Shown: positions 1 through 10,359 of the stretch, piece after piece | Layout of the letters: each line of letters opens with the position of its first letter | How positions within the stretch are numbered: the stretch's first letter is position 1 | Source of the DNA: Gammaproteobacteria bacterium | Lineage (GTDB): Bacteria; Pseudomonadota; Gammaproteobacteria; Eutrophobiales; Eutrophobiaceae | Direction of reading: 5' to 3' | Assembly: GCA_030829985.1 (NCBI GenBank) | Contig: JAURNW010000035.1 | Location: 4,091 to 68,090, forward strand | Length of the DNA stretch: 64,000 nt | Translations under genes and position numbers: made by a program | The notes under the pieces: model-generated | What the model was told of the DNA's origin: nothing | What the model saw: the letters and a program-made list of their open reading frames with translations, nothing else | Database searches by the model: none

Positions 1-165
1 ATAATAATGGCGGGCGATGAATTTAATAAATGCGGCTAGCGCTGCTGAACCGATAGCATAGCCTTTGGTAACAGCTTTAGTGGTGTTACCTACAGCATTA
101 AGTGGATCAGTAATATTACAGAATTTCTCGTCTGGTTTCTGTTCCACTTCGAATCTCGCAGTGAA
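1..165 (-). pseudogene. Truncated H+/Na+-pyrophosphatase-like fragment with no start codon; runs off the window edge
   Basis: Minus-strand translation of 1..165 reads ...[41 protein letters not shown]. This aligns with the conserved TDxLDxxGNTTxAxxKGFAIGxAxL block of the adjacent full-length hppA (about 17 of 28 identical). There is an in-frame TAA at 166-168 and no ATG upstream, so only an internal segment is present. It is in the same frame as hppA. Confidence 0.4.
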
Positions 166-185
166 TTATGACACTACCAGGTATT

Positions 186-216
186 AAAAAAGGGAGTCAA
201 TTGACTCCCTTTTTTT
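186..216. terminator. Bidirectional rho-independent terminator hairpin
   Basis: Perfect palindrome GGGAGTCAATTGACTCCC at 192..209, flanked by an A-run (186-191) and a T-run (210-216). It lies immediately 3' of hppA. Confidence 0.55.
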
Positions 217-234
217 CAAACGCTTTTTACTGGC

Positions 235-2361
235 TTATAGCAAGATACCGCCATACTGAACGAAGAATGGTGTGAATACCAAACTCAGAATCGCCGATAG
301 TTTGATAAGGATGTTCAGTGAAGGACCTGAAGTATCTTTCATCGGGTCACCAACAGTATCACCAACAACAGCTGCAGTGTGACAATCCGAACCTTTGCCG
401 CCGTGGTTGCCTGCTTCGATGTATTTCTTGGCATTATCCCAAGCTCCACCACTGTTAGATGATGCGATGGCCAGAACGCCACCAGCAACCAGCGAGCCGA
501 TCAACATGGCCGCTACAGCTTCAACACCGAACAGGAAACCTACAACGAGTGGTGAGCCCATGATCAACACGCCAGGAGCGATCATTTCTTTTAGCGCTGC
601 CTGCGTCGATATCGCTACACACTTCGCGTAGTCAGGTGTGCCCGAGCCGTCCATGATGCCTGGAATCGTCTTGAACTGATGACGCACTTCTTCAATCATG
701 GCAAATGCCGCGGCACCTACCGATTTCATTGTCATAGCAGAGAACAGGAACGGCAGAACCGCACCAATGAAGAGGAAAGTGAAAACCAGAGGCTCTAGCA
801 GGCTCATAGTAATCGGCTCACCGCGCAATGTTTCGGCAGTAGTAATAAAGGCCGCAAACAAAGCGAGTGAAGTCAATATTGCAGCACCGATGGCAAATCC
901 TTTACCAATCGCGGCAGTAGTATTACCAGCAGAGTCTAAGATGTCAGTTCTACGTCTAACTTCTGATTCCAGACCAACCATCTCAGCAATACCGCCTGCG
1001 TTGTCTGCAACAGGCCCGTAAGCATCGATAGTAAGAGTGAGCACTAAGCTACCCAGCATACCTAGAGAGGCGATAGCGATACCGTACATACCCGCAAGCT
1101 CCCAAGAGATGAAGATGCTTATTGCAATAGCTAAGTAAGGAAGAACCGTACTCTTATAGCCGAGTGCAAGACCGTAGATGATGTTGGTAGCAACACCCGT
1201 CTCACAGGACTTGGCGACTTCCTGAACGGGGGCAAATTTTTCGGAGGTGTAGTAACCGGTTAATAAACCAACTGCTAAGCCCGATACCAGACCGGCCAGG
1301 AAGCAGAAATAAACGCCTATATTCGTATAGTCCGCACCGTTTAACACGAAGTTTTCCGGGATCAGAGCAACAGTAACGAAGTACATAACCACTGCCATAA
1401 TGGCGCTGGAGATGATTAGCAGCTTCATTAAAGCAGGAGCAACATCGTCTTCAGTCTTTACGCCAACCAGGAGTTTAGTGAGTAAGGCTATTGGAATACC
1501 TACAGCACTGATCAAAATTGGGAACAGCAATGCATCCGGGTTACCGGCAAAAACTACCGCACTTATAACCATTGCCGCACAGGTGCTTTCTGCACAAGAA
1601 CCGAAAAGGTCAGCGCCCATACCAGCAACATCACCCACGTTGTCGCCAACATTGTCTGCGATTACGGCAGGGTTACGGGGATCATCCTCTGGGATGCCCT
1701 GCTCAACCTTACCTACAAGGTCAGCACCAACGTCTGCTGCCTTAGTGAAGATACCGCCGCCAACTCGTGCGAATAACGCGATTGTAGAACCACCCAGTCC
1801 AAAGCCAGCAATCACTTCCATAAGGATGTGGTTGTTCTCAGGTCCAAGGTCAGCAAGCAAAGTACTCATCACCACATAGATGATAACCAATCCGAGAGTC
1901 GCCAGTCCGACAAGCGCAAATCCCATTACCGCACCAGAGTTAATGGCTACATCGTAAGCTGCGGAAATGTCTTTCTTCGCAGAAACCGTAGTTCGTGCGT
2001 TGCCTTGAGTCGCTACCTTCATGCCAATATAGCCAGAAGCGATGGATATCGCGCCACCGAATAGGAAAGCCATAGCGGTATAGATACCCTCATGGATATC
2101 AGAGGTATGAGTATCGTCGATCAAAATGGCGATAATGGCGGCAAAGACCACCATGAATATCGTCAGGACTTTGTATTCCTGTTTCAAGAAAGCCATGGCT
2201 CCTTCGGCAATAGCGCCGTGGATGAAGGTTAGCTTCTTTGCCTGAGCTTCATCCAGCCCAAGATCAAGTGGTATACTTACAACCTTCTTCATGTAAAAGA
2301 AGGCTATTCCCAAGCCCATCAGCGACAGGATTGTAGTTACCCATATTGTTATGCCTGACAT
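235..2361 (-). CDS. hppA: K+-stimulated H+-translocating membrane pyrophosphatase (V-PPase)
   Basis: 708 aa, polytopic. Carries the hallmark [23 protein letters not shown] and [17 protein letters not shown] motifs. Confidence 0.95.
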   Translation of the reverse strand: MSGITIWVTTILSLMGLGIAFFYMKKVVSIPLDLGLDEAQAKKLTFIHGAIAEGAMAFLKQEYKVLTIFMVVFAAIIAILIDDTHTSDIHEGIYTAMAFLFGGAISIASGYIGMKVATQGNARTTVSAKKDISAAYDVAINSGAVMGFALVGLATLGLVIIYVVMSTLLADLGPENNHILMEVIAGFGLGGSTIALFARVGGGIFTKAADVGADLVGKVEQGIPEDDPRNPAVIADNVGDNVGDVAGMGADLFGSCAESTCAAMVISAVVFAGNPDALLFPILISAVGIPIALLTKLLVGVKTEDDVAPALMKLLIISSAIMAVVMYFVTVALIPENFVLNGADYTNIGVYFCFLAGLVSGLAVGLLTGYYTSEKFAPVQEVAKSCETGVATNIIYGLALGYKSTVLPYLAIAISIFISWELAGMYGIAIASLGMLGSLVLTLTIDAYGPVADNAGGIAEMVGLESEVRRRTDILDSAGNTTAAIGKGFAIGAAILTSLALFAAFITTAETLRGEPITMSLLEPLVFTFLFIGAVLPFLFSAMTMKSVGAAAFAMIEEVRHQFKTIPGIMDGSGTPDYAKCVAISTQAALKEMIAPGVLIMGSPLVVGFLFGVEAVAAMLIGSLVAGGVLAIASSNSGGAWDNAKKYIEAGNHGGKGSDCHTAAVVGDTVGDPMKDTSGPSLNILIKLSAILSLVFTPFFVQYGGILL

Positions 2362-2561
2362 ATAAATTCCCCTAACTTCTATAAGTTATTGATTTTAAGG
2401 ACAAAATAGTAAAAGAATCACCGACAATGTCCCCTCTGCCTTGCCGGCGCCAAAAAGTGGTGCAGATTGTACTTGCATATCCGACAAGTGCAAAATCTTA
2501 CACACCCTTTTTTGTAATAATTTTTTGAGGTGTTTCAATTAGAAACTGTAATTTCTGAATT

Positions 2562-3071
2562 ATGTCTACTAATCACGGTTTTCCACCTATTGCAGCTCCT
2601 GATGCCCGTATCCTGATTCTTGGATCCATGCCTGGACAAAAGTCGCTCGAGGAAAGCCAATACTATGCACACCCACGCAATAGTTTTTGGCCCATCATCT
2701 TCAATATACTTAAAACAAACAATGAACTAACTTATAACGATCGTAAAACTCTGTTAATAAAAAACAAGATTGCTTTATGGGATGTTTTAAAAAGTTGTTA
2801 TCGTGAAGGTAGTCTTGATACTAATATTGATCAATCCACTATAGAGCCAAATGATTTTGACAGGTTCTTCTCAAAGCATAAACAGGTTACTGTTGTTTTC
2901 TTTAATGGCTCAAAAGCCGAACAGCTTTTTAATAAAAATAGTATAAAGACTCTGAAACAAGCAGAACAAAACCTGTCCTTTTTCAGGTTACCTTCCACTA
3001 GCCCCGCACATGCGTCACTGACATTCGAGCAAAAATTATTGCAATGGGAAGTAATAAAAGGTTTTCTATAA
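2562..3071 (+). CDS. DNA-deoxyinosine (hypoxanthine) glycosylase, UDG superfamily
   Basis: 169 aa. The N-terminal ILILGSMPGQKSL...YYAHPRNSFWPII block is typical of the small HDG/UDG family-6-like glycosylases. Confidence 0.75.
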   Translation: MSTNHGFPPIAAPDARILILGSMPGQKSLEESQYYAHPRNSFWPIIFNILKTNNELTYNDRKTLLIKNKIALWDVLKSCYREGSLDTNIDQSTIEPNDFDRFFSKHKQVTVVFFNGSKAEQLFNKNSIKTLKQAEQNLSFFRLPSTSPAHASLTFEQKLLQWEVIKGFL

Positions 3072-3093
3072 GGCTAGAGCAATCAACAAAAAA

Positions 3094-3939
3094 CTAATGT
3101 GTTTTTAGAGCCTGCTGTTGTTTCCAATTAAACCAGCCCTGTGGCGATATTTTATTCATCAACCTATCAATTGGAGACAATATAAGTAAATTAAAAGCAC
3201 CATGTATTTTCCCTGTCCAGGTTTGACTGGGACATCGCAATGAAATTGCATAGCTAGGCTCATCGTAGACAAAATGGTGCCAGTAGCCACTGGGAATATA
3301 TAATGTTTCTCCTCGTTCAAGCACCACCTTATAACCTTCCACATCCTTTAGGCCAGGAAACTGCTCAAAATCCGGGCGCTCAATATCAACATAGCTTCTA
3401 CAAGTAAATGGATAACCATGTAAATTCTTTCCTTGCTCATAAGGGAACAGATAAACCGTTTTTTTGCCATATAGAGTAGTGTGTAGCACGTGTGACATGT
3501 CGATATCAAAATGCATCTGGGTAACAGAACCCTTGCAACCAAAAAACATAAAAACAAAATTTCGGGATATGCCCTTTAATATAGAGGGAAAGATAATGTC
3601 ATCGACTAATTCCGGAATTTCGGATTTTATATTATAGAGAAACATCCGCAGGTCTTGCTGTTTAGTCACAACTGTATCGATATAGTCCCTAAAGGAGATA
3701 CTCTTCGACTTTGACATGTAATTCTTGCCGGCAGAAACGAAACTTGAGTCATAGACTTTAACTTGTTTATCGCCGTACTGTTCTTTGAAAAAGTCAGGGG
3801 TCCACTTTGTTGATGCCGGCCATGACTTTGCCAGGTCTTTTATTACAAGGGGGCGTAGCGGTTTGAAATAAGATTCTTCGAATTCTTGCTGCTGAATAGA
3901 AGAAACCATTTCAACAGGCTGTAAATCAAGCTCGGGCAT
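3094..3939 (-). CDS. JmjC/cupin-domain 2-oxoglutarate/Fe(II)-dependent oxygenase (hydroxylase)
   Basis: Cupin fold with a candidate facial triad: H-x-D in QMHFDID and the distal H in GYWHHFVYDE. The longest ORF starts at a GTG (4035) that would overlap the upstream hydrolase by 71 nt. I used the internal ATG at 3939, which is uncertain. Confidence 0.7.
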   Translation of the reverse strand: MPELDLQPVEMVSSIQQQEFEESYFKPLRPLVIKDLAKSWPASTKWTPDFFKEQYGDKQVKVYDSSFVSAGKNYMSKSKSISFRDYIDTVVTKQQDLRMFLYNIKSEIPELVDDIIFPSILKGISRNFVFMFFGCKGSVTQMHFDIDMSHVLHTTLYGKKTVYLFPYEQGKNLHGYPFTCRSYVDIERPDFEQFPGLKDVEGYKVVLERGETLYIPSGYWHHFVYDEPSYAISLRCPSQTWTGKIHGAFNLLILSPIDRLMNKISPQGWFNWKQQQALKTH

Positions 3940-3964
3940 AACGCAATCTGAGCCGACCGATTGG

Positions 3965-4774
3965 CTATCTGGCAAGAAACTCACTGTAGGTGTGAAGGAT
4001 ATCGGCTTGTTCCCAATGCAAGAAATGCCCTGCACCAGGTATCATCTTGAATTCACAATCAGGAATTCGAGAAGATGCTTTTTCAATATCATGTGGATCC
4101 AGAATCGCGTCAAATTCACCACTTAAGATGAGAGTTGATGCTGTGATGTTACCAAGATCGATAAAGTCCTCAATATCTGAGGCCTGCTCAACGAATTCGC
4201 AATGATCATAAAAACTCAGAAACTGCTCCCGGCTCATGCCGCGGAATTGCTCAATAATCTGCTTCTTATGCGTATCAGGAATATGCTGACCAAATTTTTC
4301 TATCATTAGAGGCGCAATGTCTTCTGTCTTATTTGTGTCAAACAGTTTTTGCCCTTCCTTGATCACTTCAATAACAGCCTTGCTTGGCTTGGCACCATAA
4401 CTACCCAGTATCATCTTATCGACTAACTCCGGGTGACGTGCCGCTAATGCAACAGAAATTATTGTTCCCCAGGATGCAGCGGCGAGAATGACTGTGCCGT
4501 TTCGGTTAGTGGCATTAATAACCTTATGCAACACATCAACCTGCTCATCAAAAGTAATGCCGGGGTTACCAGATAATATCTGACCTCGACCTTGTCCTGG
4601 CAAGTCAAATACGACAACAGAATAGTCAGCAACAAAATGACTGACGAATGAGCGCCAGGCTGCCATTGTTTGTTTGGCGCCACTAATACACACGATAGTC
4701 TTCTCTGCTTCACCATAGATTCGGTAAGGCACTTGAAAACGTCCCGGGCTCAACTCTCCTTTTTCAATTTTCAT
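3965..4774 (-). CDS. Alpha/beta-fold hydrolase
   Basis: 269 aa, typical alpha/beta-hydrolase architecture. Directly upstream of the JmjC gene on the same strand, so probably an operon. Confidence 0.8.
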   Translation of the reverse strand: MKIEKGELSPGRFQVPYRIYGEAEKTIVCISGAKQTMAAWRSFVSHFVADYSVVVFDLPGQGRGQILSGNPGITFDEQVDVLHKVINATNRNGTVILAAASWGTIISVALAARHPELVDKMILGSYGAKPSKAVIEVIKEGQKLFDTNKTEDIAPLMIEKFGQHIPDTHKKQIIEQFRGMSREQFLSFYDHCEFVEQASDIEDFIDLGNITASTLILSGEFDAILDPHDIEKASSRIPDCEFKMIPGAGHFLHWEQADILHTYSEFLAR

Positions 4775-5169
4775 TCTTTAGGTATTAATTTATATTATTC
4801 TGGGTTTATCTTGGCAGGCAGACTACTAGCGAACATAAGATAACAGTTTAACTTTATAGTGCATTTCCTAATATTATAAAGAAAGTTTACGAAATGTCTC
4901 TACTCTTTTAGGAACTGCTTAGCAATTACTAAATTGCAGATTATCGCTCAAAAACTCAAATCATCTACAAATTGATCGATTTAAAGTGGTTTACAGAGTT
5001 TAAATGATAGTTTAATGCCTGTTTAACCATCTTCTACTGCCTGTTAGCACGATATAAATAATTGCTAATTAACTACAAATATTTCGAGTTAAGCCCCTAA
5101 ACGACCTAAAATATCAGAATATTATCCACCATTCGTTAAATTGACGGTTTTTTATCATGTATTTATTGG
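4775..5169 (-). promoter_or_regulatory. 395-nt AT-rich non-coding region upstream of the hydrolase-JmjC operon (promoter and long leader)
   Basis: No ORF of 60 aa or more. Strongly AT-rich. It is 5' of the hydrolase gene and 3' of the SulP gene. No recognisable riboswitch consensus. Confidence 0.3.
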
Positions 5170-6789
5170 TTAGGTCAAAATTTGTTCGGAAAGTTTCAAG
5201 GCTTCTAAACGCGATTGTGTAATATGCGTTTCAGGCAATAACTTACTCACTCCAATCTGCCGCAGCACCTTTTCTACTGTTGGGCTGAGGCTACACAATA
5301 CAACATGATCATTATCACTTTTTGCCTTGAGTATGACCTCTTCCAATGCGAAGGAAGCCGTACTATCAATAAAAGGCACGTCGGTGAAATCAATTATGAG
5401 CACATCCTTTTCACGATCTGTCGCCAATAAACGAACGATTCCTTTAGCGGACCCAAAACTCATCGGGCCTTCAATATGAAACAAGACGATTCGTCCACCT
5501 GAACTTTCGAGAATCTCGACTTCTTCATCTGTTAATTCTGTCCAATCACCTGAGCCGCCTACTATTTTCATGCTTGCGGCTTGTGAATCAGACATGCGTT
5601 TTACAAATAGCAGACTGGCCATCACCGTCCCAACCGTAACCGCTGTTATTAGATCGACTAAAACAGTCAAAGAAAATGTTGTAAGCATGATCAAAACACC
5701 TGAACGAGGAGCGCTACGAACACGCTGCAAGTAATTCCAGTCAACGATATTAACGCCGACCTTTAACAAAATCCCGGCGAGTACAGCATGCGGTATATGC
5801 TCAGCAAATGATCCCAGACCTAATACCATCATCAGCAAAATCAGGGCATGTAATGCGCCTGAAACAGGAGTACGTCCACCTGCACGCACATTAACTACTG
5901 TTCGCATAGTTGCCCCGGCGCCCGGTAACCCTCCAAATAAACCACTAACTATATTGCCTATTCCCTGACCAAATAATTCGCGGTCAGACTCATGATGTGT
6001 GCGCGTAATACTGTCTGATATTAATGAGGTTAAGAGCGAATCGATAGAGCCTAAAAATGCCAGCACCAAAGAATACTTAATGATTAAAGCAAACTCATCA
6101 ATCGAAAATACCGGCATTTGTAAAACAGGCAAACCACTTGGTATTTCGCCAATAATTGTTGCATCGTTTAAAAAGAGAACGCCAATAGTTGTGCCTACAA
6201 CTAGAGCAAGCAAAGGGCCGGGAATATAACGGTTAAGTCGTTGTGGAATAAAACACACAATAGCGAGCGCTATTAGACCCAGAATCAAAGCACTGGAATG
6301 TATATTGCTGAACCAGGCAGGCAATGCCAATAAAGATTTCAACGGACTGCCTGATGCAACCTGACCAACAAAAGGAGCTAATTGTAAGATTATAATAATA
6401 CATCCTATACCGCTCATAAATCCTGAAATAACAGGGTAAGGCACTAAATTGATGTAACGGCCAAACTTAAACACACCAAACAATATTTGAAAAACACCAC
6501 CCAACATAACGATGGTAAAGGCTATCGCCGGATTATAGGAAAAATGGACAACGACTGCTGTCATGACGACCGTCATTGGTCCTGTTGGACCGGAAATTTG
6601 TGCCGGTGTACCGCCAAAAATTGCGGCAAAGAAACCCACAATGATCGCACCGTACATCCCGGCGAGAGGTCCGAGCCCAGAAGCAACACCGAAAGCTAAA
6701 GCGAGAGGCAACGCAACTACTGCCGCTGTTAAACCACCGTAAATATCACCGCGCAAATTATCGAATGAAAAATCTTTAATAAAAAGCAT
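5170..6789 (-). CDS. SulP-family anion (sulfate/bicarbonate) transporter with C-terminal STAS domain
   Basis: 539 aa. Polytopic core followed by a STAS domain. Confidence 0.9.
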   Translation of the reverse strand: MLFIKDFSFDNLRGDIYGGLTAAVVALPLALAFGVASGLGPLAGMYGAIIVGFFAAIFGGTPAQISGPTGPMTVVMTAVVVHFSYNPAIAFTIVMLGGVFQILFGVFKFGRYINLVPYPVISGFMSGIGCIIIILQLAPFVGQVASGSPLKSLLALPAWFSNIHSSALILGLIALAIVCFIPQRLNRYIPGPLLALVVGTTIGVLFLNDATIIGEIPSGLPVLQMPVFSIDEFALIIKYSLVLAFLGSIDSLLTSLISDSITRTHHESDRELFGQGIGNIVSGLFGGLPGAGATMRTVVNVRAGGRTPVSGALHALILLMMVLGLGSFAEHIPHAVLAGILLKVGVNIVDWNYLQRVRSAPRSGVLIMLTTFSLTVLVDLITAVTVGTVMASLLFVKRMSDSQAASMKIVGGSGDWTELTDEEVEILESSGGRIVLFHIEGPMSFGSAKGIVRLLATDREKDVLIIDFTDVPFIDSTASFALEEVILKAKSDNDHVVLCSLSPTVEKVLRQIGVSKLLPETHITQSRLEALKLSEQILT

Positions 6790-6834
6790 TACGTTACAAA
6801 CCCGAGATATTTAACGCGGACAAGAAAATAATGT

Positions 6835-7452
6835 TTAAATAACATCATTGATTTTTTCCAACATTGTTTTGGCGTTAAGATAATCTGGATTAATCCGAAT
6901 CTGTTTTTCATCATTAATCAAAAGCAAACCCGGAAAACTATTCAACCTTAAACGTCTGCACTCATTAATTTCCTGTTGCAGTACTTCTTCTGTCGCCAAA
7001 GATTTAATATCCAGTTCAAATTTCTCTTTATCCATGCCCAATTCTTCAGACAGTGTTATCAACGTTGAATAATCAGATGGATTTCTTGCTTGCAGATAAT
7101 ACGCCTTTTGAATCGCAAGCGTGATTTCTTCATCAAACTTTTGTCCCTGGTAGCGCGCGGCAATAACCGCTCGACATGCAGGATAAGTGCTTCGACGTGG
7201 AATGCAATTATTCCAAAAATCATAATTGAATTTGGTTTTCGGGACTTGTCTCTGGATAGCTTGCCAATGTCCTTGCACAAATAAACATGTTTCCTCAGAC
7301 ATAGGTTCTTCATTATCAGGCGCCAAACCACCTAACACACTTATCACTTCTATTTCCTTGGGCAATCCTGACAATAGCGAGAGTAACGACGGCCTGAATG
7401 CCCAACACCAACTGCACATCGGATCATGAGCATAATAAAGTTTTATCGACAC
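6835..7452 (-). CDS. DsbA-family thiol:disulfide oxidoreductase (FrnE-like)
   Basis: N-terminal CSWC (CxxC) motif in a thioredoxin-like fold, 205 aa. Confidence 0.8.
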   Translation of the reverse strand: MSIKLYYAHDPMCSWCWAFRPSLLSLLSGLPKEIEVISVLGGLAPDNEEPMSEETCLFVQGHWQAIQRQVPKTKFNYDFWNNCIPRRSTYPACRAVIAARYQGQKFDEEITLAIQKAYYLQARNPSDYSTLITLSEELGMDKEKFELDIKSLATEEVLQQEINECRRLRLNSFPGLLLINDEKQIRINPDYLNAKTMLEKINDVI

Positions 7453-7469
7453 TAAATTTTCTTTACAAA

Positions 7470-8735
7470 TTACAGTTTAAAGTCTGAATTGAGTATTTTT
7501 TCTACCGGCTTGTTTTTAAGCGTCACATATTTTGGCAAGCCTTTTTCGTAGGGAGGATAATCTTCTCCTTCAATCAAAGGACTTAAATAACGCCGACAGG
7601 CTTCGGTAATGCCAAATCCATCTTCAGTAATAAATTCCTTTGGCATCATCTTTTCTACGTTCGCAACATCTTCCAGGTTTGCCTTATCAATCTCCCAAAC
7701 GTAAGGCTCGTCAGATAGTCGTTTTATTATCGGCATCACTGCATTGTCTCCGGCAAGCGCCATCTCTACCGCGGCTTTACCTAAGGCATAAGCTTGATCA
7801 ACATCTGTCTTTGAAGCGATATGTCGAGCGGCGCGCTGTAAATAATCGGCTACGGCCCAATGAAATTTATAACCCAACGCCTCTTTGATCATATTGGCAA
7901 TCACCGGTGCAGCACCACCAAGTTGCGCATGCCCAAAGGCATCTCGCGTTCCCTGTTCCGCCAGAAATTTCCCATCGGGCCAATGCGCCCCCTCGGAAAC
8001 GACTATTGAACAATAACCATATTTTTCGACATTACCTTTAACTTTATTGATAAAGGCATCCTGGTTAAATTCAATCTCGGGAAATAAAATCACCACGGGG
8101 ATATCATGTTGCTCGTCTGACGCTAATCCACCGGCGGCGGCAATCCAACCGGCATGGCGCCCCATTACTTCGAGCACAAAGACCTTGGTAGACGTCTTGG
8201 CCATGGAACAAACATCAAACGAAGCCTCTCGCGTAGATATCGCAATATATTTTGCTACTGACCCAAATCCCGGGCAGACGTCGGTAATTGGCAAATCATT
8301 ATCCACTGTTTTTGGCACATGGATCGCCTGAATCGGGAAACCCATTTTTTCGGATATTTGAGAAACCTTATGACAAGTATCGGCGGAGTCACCACCGCCA
8401 TTATAGAAAAAATAAGCGATATTGTGTGCTTTGAAAACTTCGATGAGGCGTTCATATTGCGCCTTGTTTTCTTCCAGACCTTTCAATTTATAACGACAGG
8501 AGCCGAATGCACCTGACGGCGTATACCTCAAACCAGCAATATCGGCTATCGACTCCTGACTGGTATCGATCAAGTCCTCTGTCAGAGCGCCAATAATGCC
8601 ATTTCGCCCGGCATAAATATTTGCGATTTTGTCTGTATGCTGTCTTGCGGTTTCAATAACACCACATGCACTGGCGTTTATAACTGCGGTAACTCCACCA
8701 GACTGCGCATAGAAAGCATTCTTCGCCGCTGCCAT
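7470..8735 (-). CDS. pfp: Pyrophosphate-dependent 6-phosphofructokinase (PPi-PFK)
   Basis: 421 aa. PFK fold with the N-terminal GGVTAVINA motif and GGDGS-like motifs. The length and motifs match the PPi-PFK subfamily found in methanotrophs and sulfur oxidisers. Confidence 0.85.
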   Translation of the reverse strand: MAAAKNAFYAQSGGVTAVINASACGVIETARQHTDKIANIYAGRNGIIGALTEDLIDTSQESIADIAGLRYTPSGAFGSCRYKLKGLEENKAQYERLIEVFKAHNIAYFFYNGGGDSADTCHKVSQISEKMGFPIQAIHVPKTVDNDLPITDVCPGFGSVAKYIAISTREASFDVCSMAKTSTKVFVLEVMGRHAGWIAAAGGLASDEQHDIPVVILFPEIEFNQDAFINKVKGNVEKYGYCSIVVSEGAHWPDGKFLAEQGTRDAFGHAQLGGAAPVIANMIKEALGYKFHWAVADYLQRAARHIASKTDVDQAYALGKAAVEMALAGDNAVMPIIKRLSDEPYVWEIDKANLEDVANVEKMMPKEFITEDGFGITEACRRYLSPLIEGEDYPPYEKGLPKYVTLKNKPVEKILNSDFKL

Positions 8736-8873
8736 AAGGTATAACTCCTGAAATATGAATTAATTATGAAACTGAACTGTATAAGTTCGGGTCTATATTA
8801 GTTATGTTAAACTGCGAACATAAAGCAAACAAATCATAATGTGTTGCACGGAATTTCAACATAATAATTATTT

Positions 8874-10340
8874 ATGAATTTTTACAGACTCATACGACAT
8901 AAAGCCAAAAAAACATTCATTGGTTTCCTTGTCTTACTACCTTTTCTGGTATTCGCTGCTGACTTGCCAGACTTTGGTGACTCGGCGGGAAGTATTGTGT
9001 CCCCTGAATATGAGCGACGTCTAGGAAAAATGTTTTTAAACCAGATACGTCATTATGCCCACATAAATAAAGACCCCGAAGTTGAATCCTATATTCAATC
9101 TCTTGGAAATCAACTGGCATCCTATAGTGACGACAATGAACAGCCCTTCACTTTTTTTGTTGTTAATAATCCGGGCATTAATGCTTTTGCCGGCCCTGGC
9201 GGTATGATCGGCATGAATAGTGGTGTCATCCTGAACTCTGAAAATGAAAGTGAATTAGCTGCTGTAATGGCCCATGAAATATCACACGTTACCCAGCGAC
9301 ATCTCGCTCGTCAGTTCGAAGAAGCGAGTAAATATAGCTTAATTAATGCTGCTGCATTGATCGGTGCCGTCCTGGTCGGCATCCAAAACCCTGAAGCTGG
9401 TGCAGCAGCAATCAGTGCAATCGGCGGTTTGTCCGCACAAAACAAGGCCAATTTTACTCGTGCGAACGAGCAGGAGGCAGATCGAATTGGTATGCAATTA
9501 CTGGCTCGTGCCGGTTATAACCCCAGGAGCATGCCCGCATTTTTTGAGAAACTACAACAGTTGTCCAGATATTCACAAAGTGCTGCACCGGAATTTATAC
9601 GCACACACCCTTTAACAACATCTCGTATAGCTGATACTCGTGCACGCGCTGAAGAATTTCCTATAGACGAATTTACCAATACCCACCCCTATGAATTAAC
9701 CAAATATAAGCTGTTCGTAAATTCATCAAAAACGGCTAAAGAAGCAGCGAAGTTTTTACTCGATGAGCTAAACAGAAGCAACCTTTCTGATAAAGAGAAA
9801 TTGCCCATTCGTTACGGTCTTGCATACGCCTATATCTATAACAGGGAATTTGCCCGTGCTGAACAACAGCTCGAACATCTACTCAGAAATAATTCGGATG
9901 ACGTTGCTTATTTATTATTGGCCGCAAAACTTCAAACCACACAATCAAACTATAATGCTGCTTTTGATATTTTCAAAAAAGCCTATGGCCTATATCCGGA
10001 CTATCGCCCAGCAGTTATTGCATACAGCCGGGCACTGCTCGATACACGTAAAGGCAAAGAAGCAAGAGATGTTTTAAAAAAGTATGAACGTCATTATCAA
10101 CACGATCTGGATACATATAGTTTGCTAGGACAGGCAGAAGCCATGCTTGGGAATGAGGTTGAAACAGCCATCCTGCAATCAGAGTATTATTTTCTTGCGG
10201 GATCAACAAAACTTGCTCTGGATAAACTTGTTTTTATAAAGCAACAATATCAAATTGATTACTATCAGGAACAACGTGTTAATGCACGGATGGCAGAGCT
10301 CGAATATGAACTTGAACTCGAAAACGACCTGAACTTATAA
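8874..10340 (+). CDS. bepA: M48-family periplasmic metalloprotease with TPR repeats (BepA/YfgC-like)
   Basis: HEISH zinc motif, signal peptide, C-terminal TPR region, 488 aa. Confidence 0.85.
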   Translation: MNFYRLIRHKAKKTFIGFLVLLPFLVFAADLPDFGDSAGSIVSPEYERRLGKMFLNQIRHYAHINKDPEVESYIQSLGNQLASYSDDNEQPFTFFVVNNPGINAFAGPGGMIGMNSGVILNSENESELAAVMAHEISHVTQRHLARQFEEASKYSLINAAALIGAVLVGIQNPEAGAAAISAIGGLSAQNKANFTRANEQEADRIGMQLLARAGYNPRSMPAFFEKLQQLSRYSQSAAPEFIRTHPLTTSRIADTRARAEEFPIDEFTNTHPYELTKYKLFVNSSKTAKEAAKFLLDELNRSNLSDKEKLPIRYGLAYAYIYNREFARAEQQLEHLLRNNSDDVAYLLLAAKLQTTQSNYNAAFDIFKKAYGLYPDYRPAVIAYSRALLDTRKGKEARDVLKKYERHYQHDLDTYSLLGQAEAMLGNEVETAILQSEYYFLAGSTKLALDKLVFIKQQYQIDYYQEQRVNARMAELEYELELENDLNL

Positions 10341-10359
10341 ACGTAAAGAATCAGCACAT

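Noticed and set aside
395-2064. Several ORFs of 78 to 159 aa on the + strand (395..631, 698..1021, 1400..1879, 1828..2064) inside hppA
   Set aside because: They are antisense to a well-supported 708-aa PPase gene. Their composition is Ala/Pro/Ser/Thr-rich, typical of the reverse frame of a GC-rich membrane gene. No independent support.
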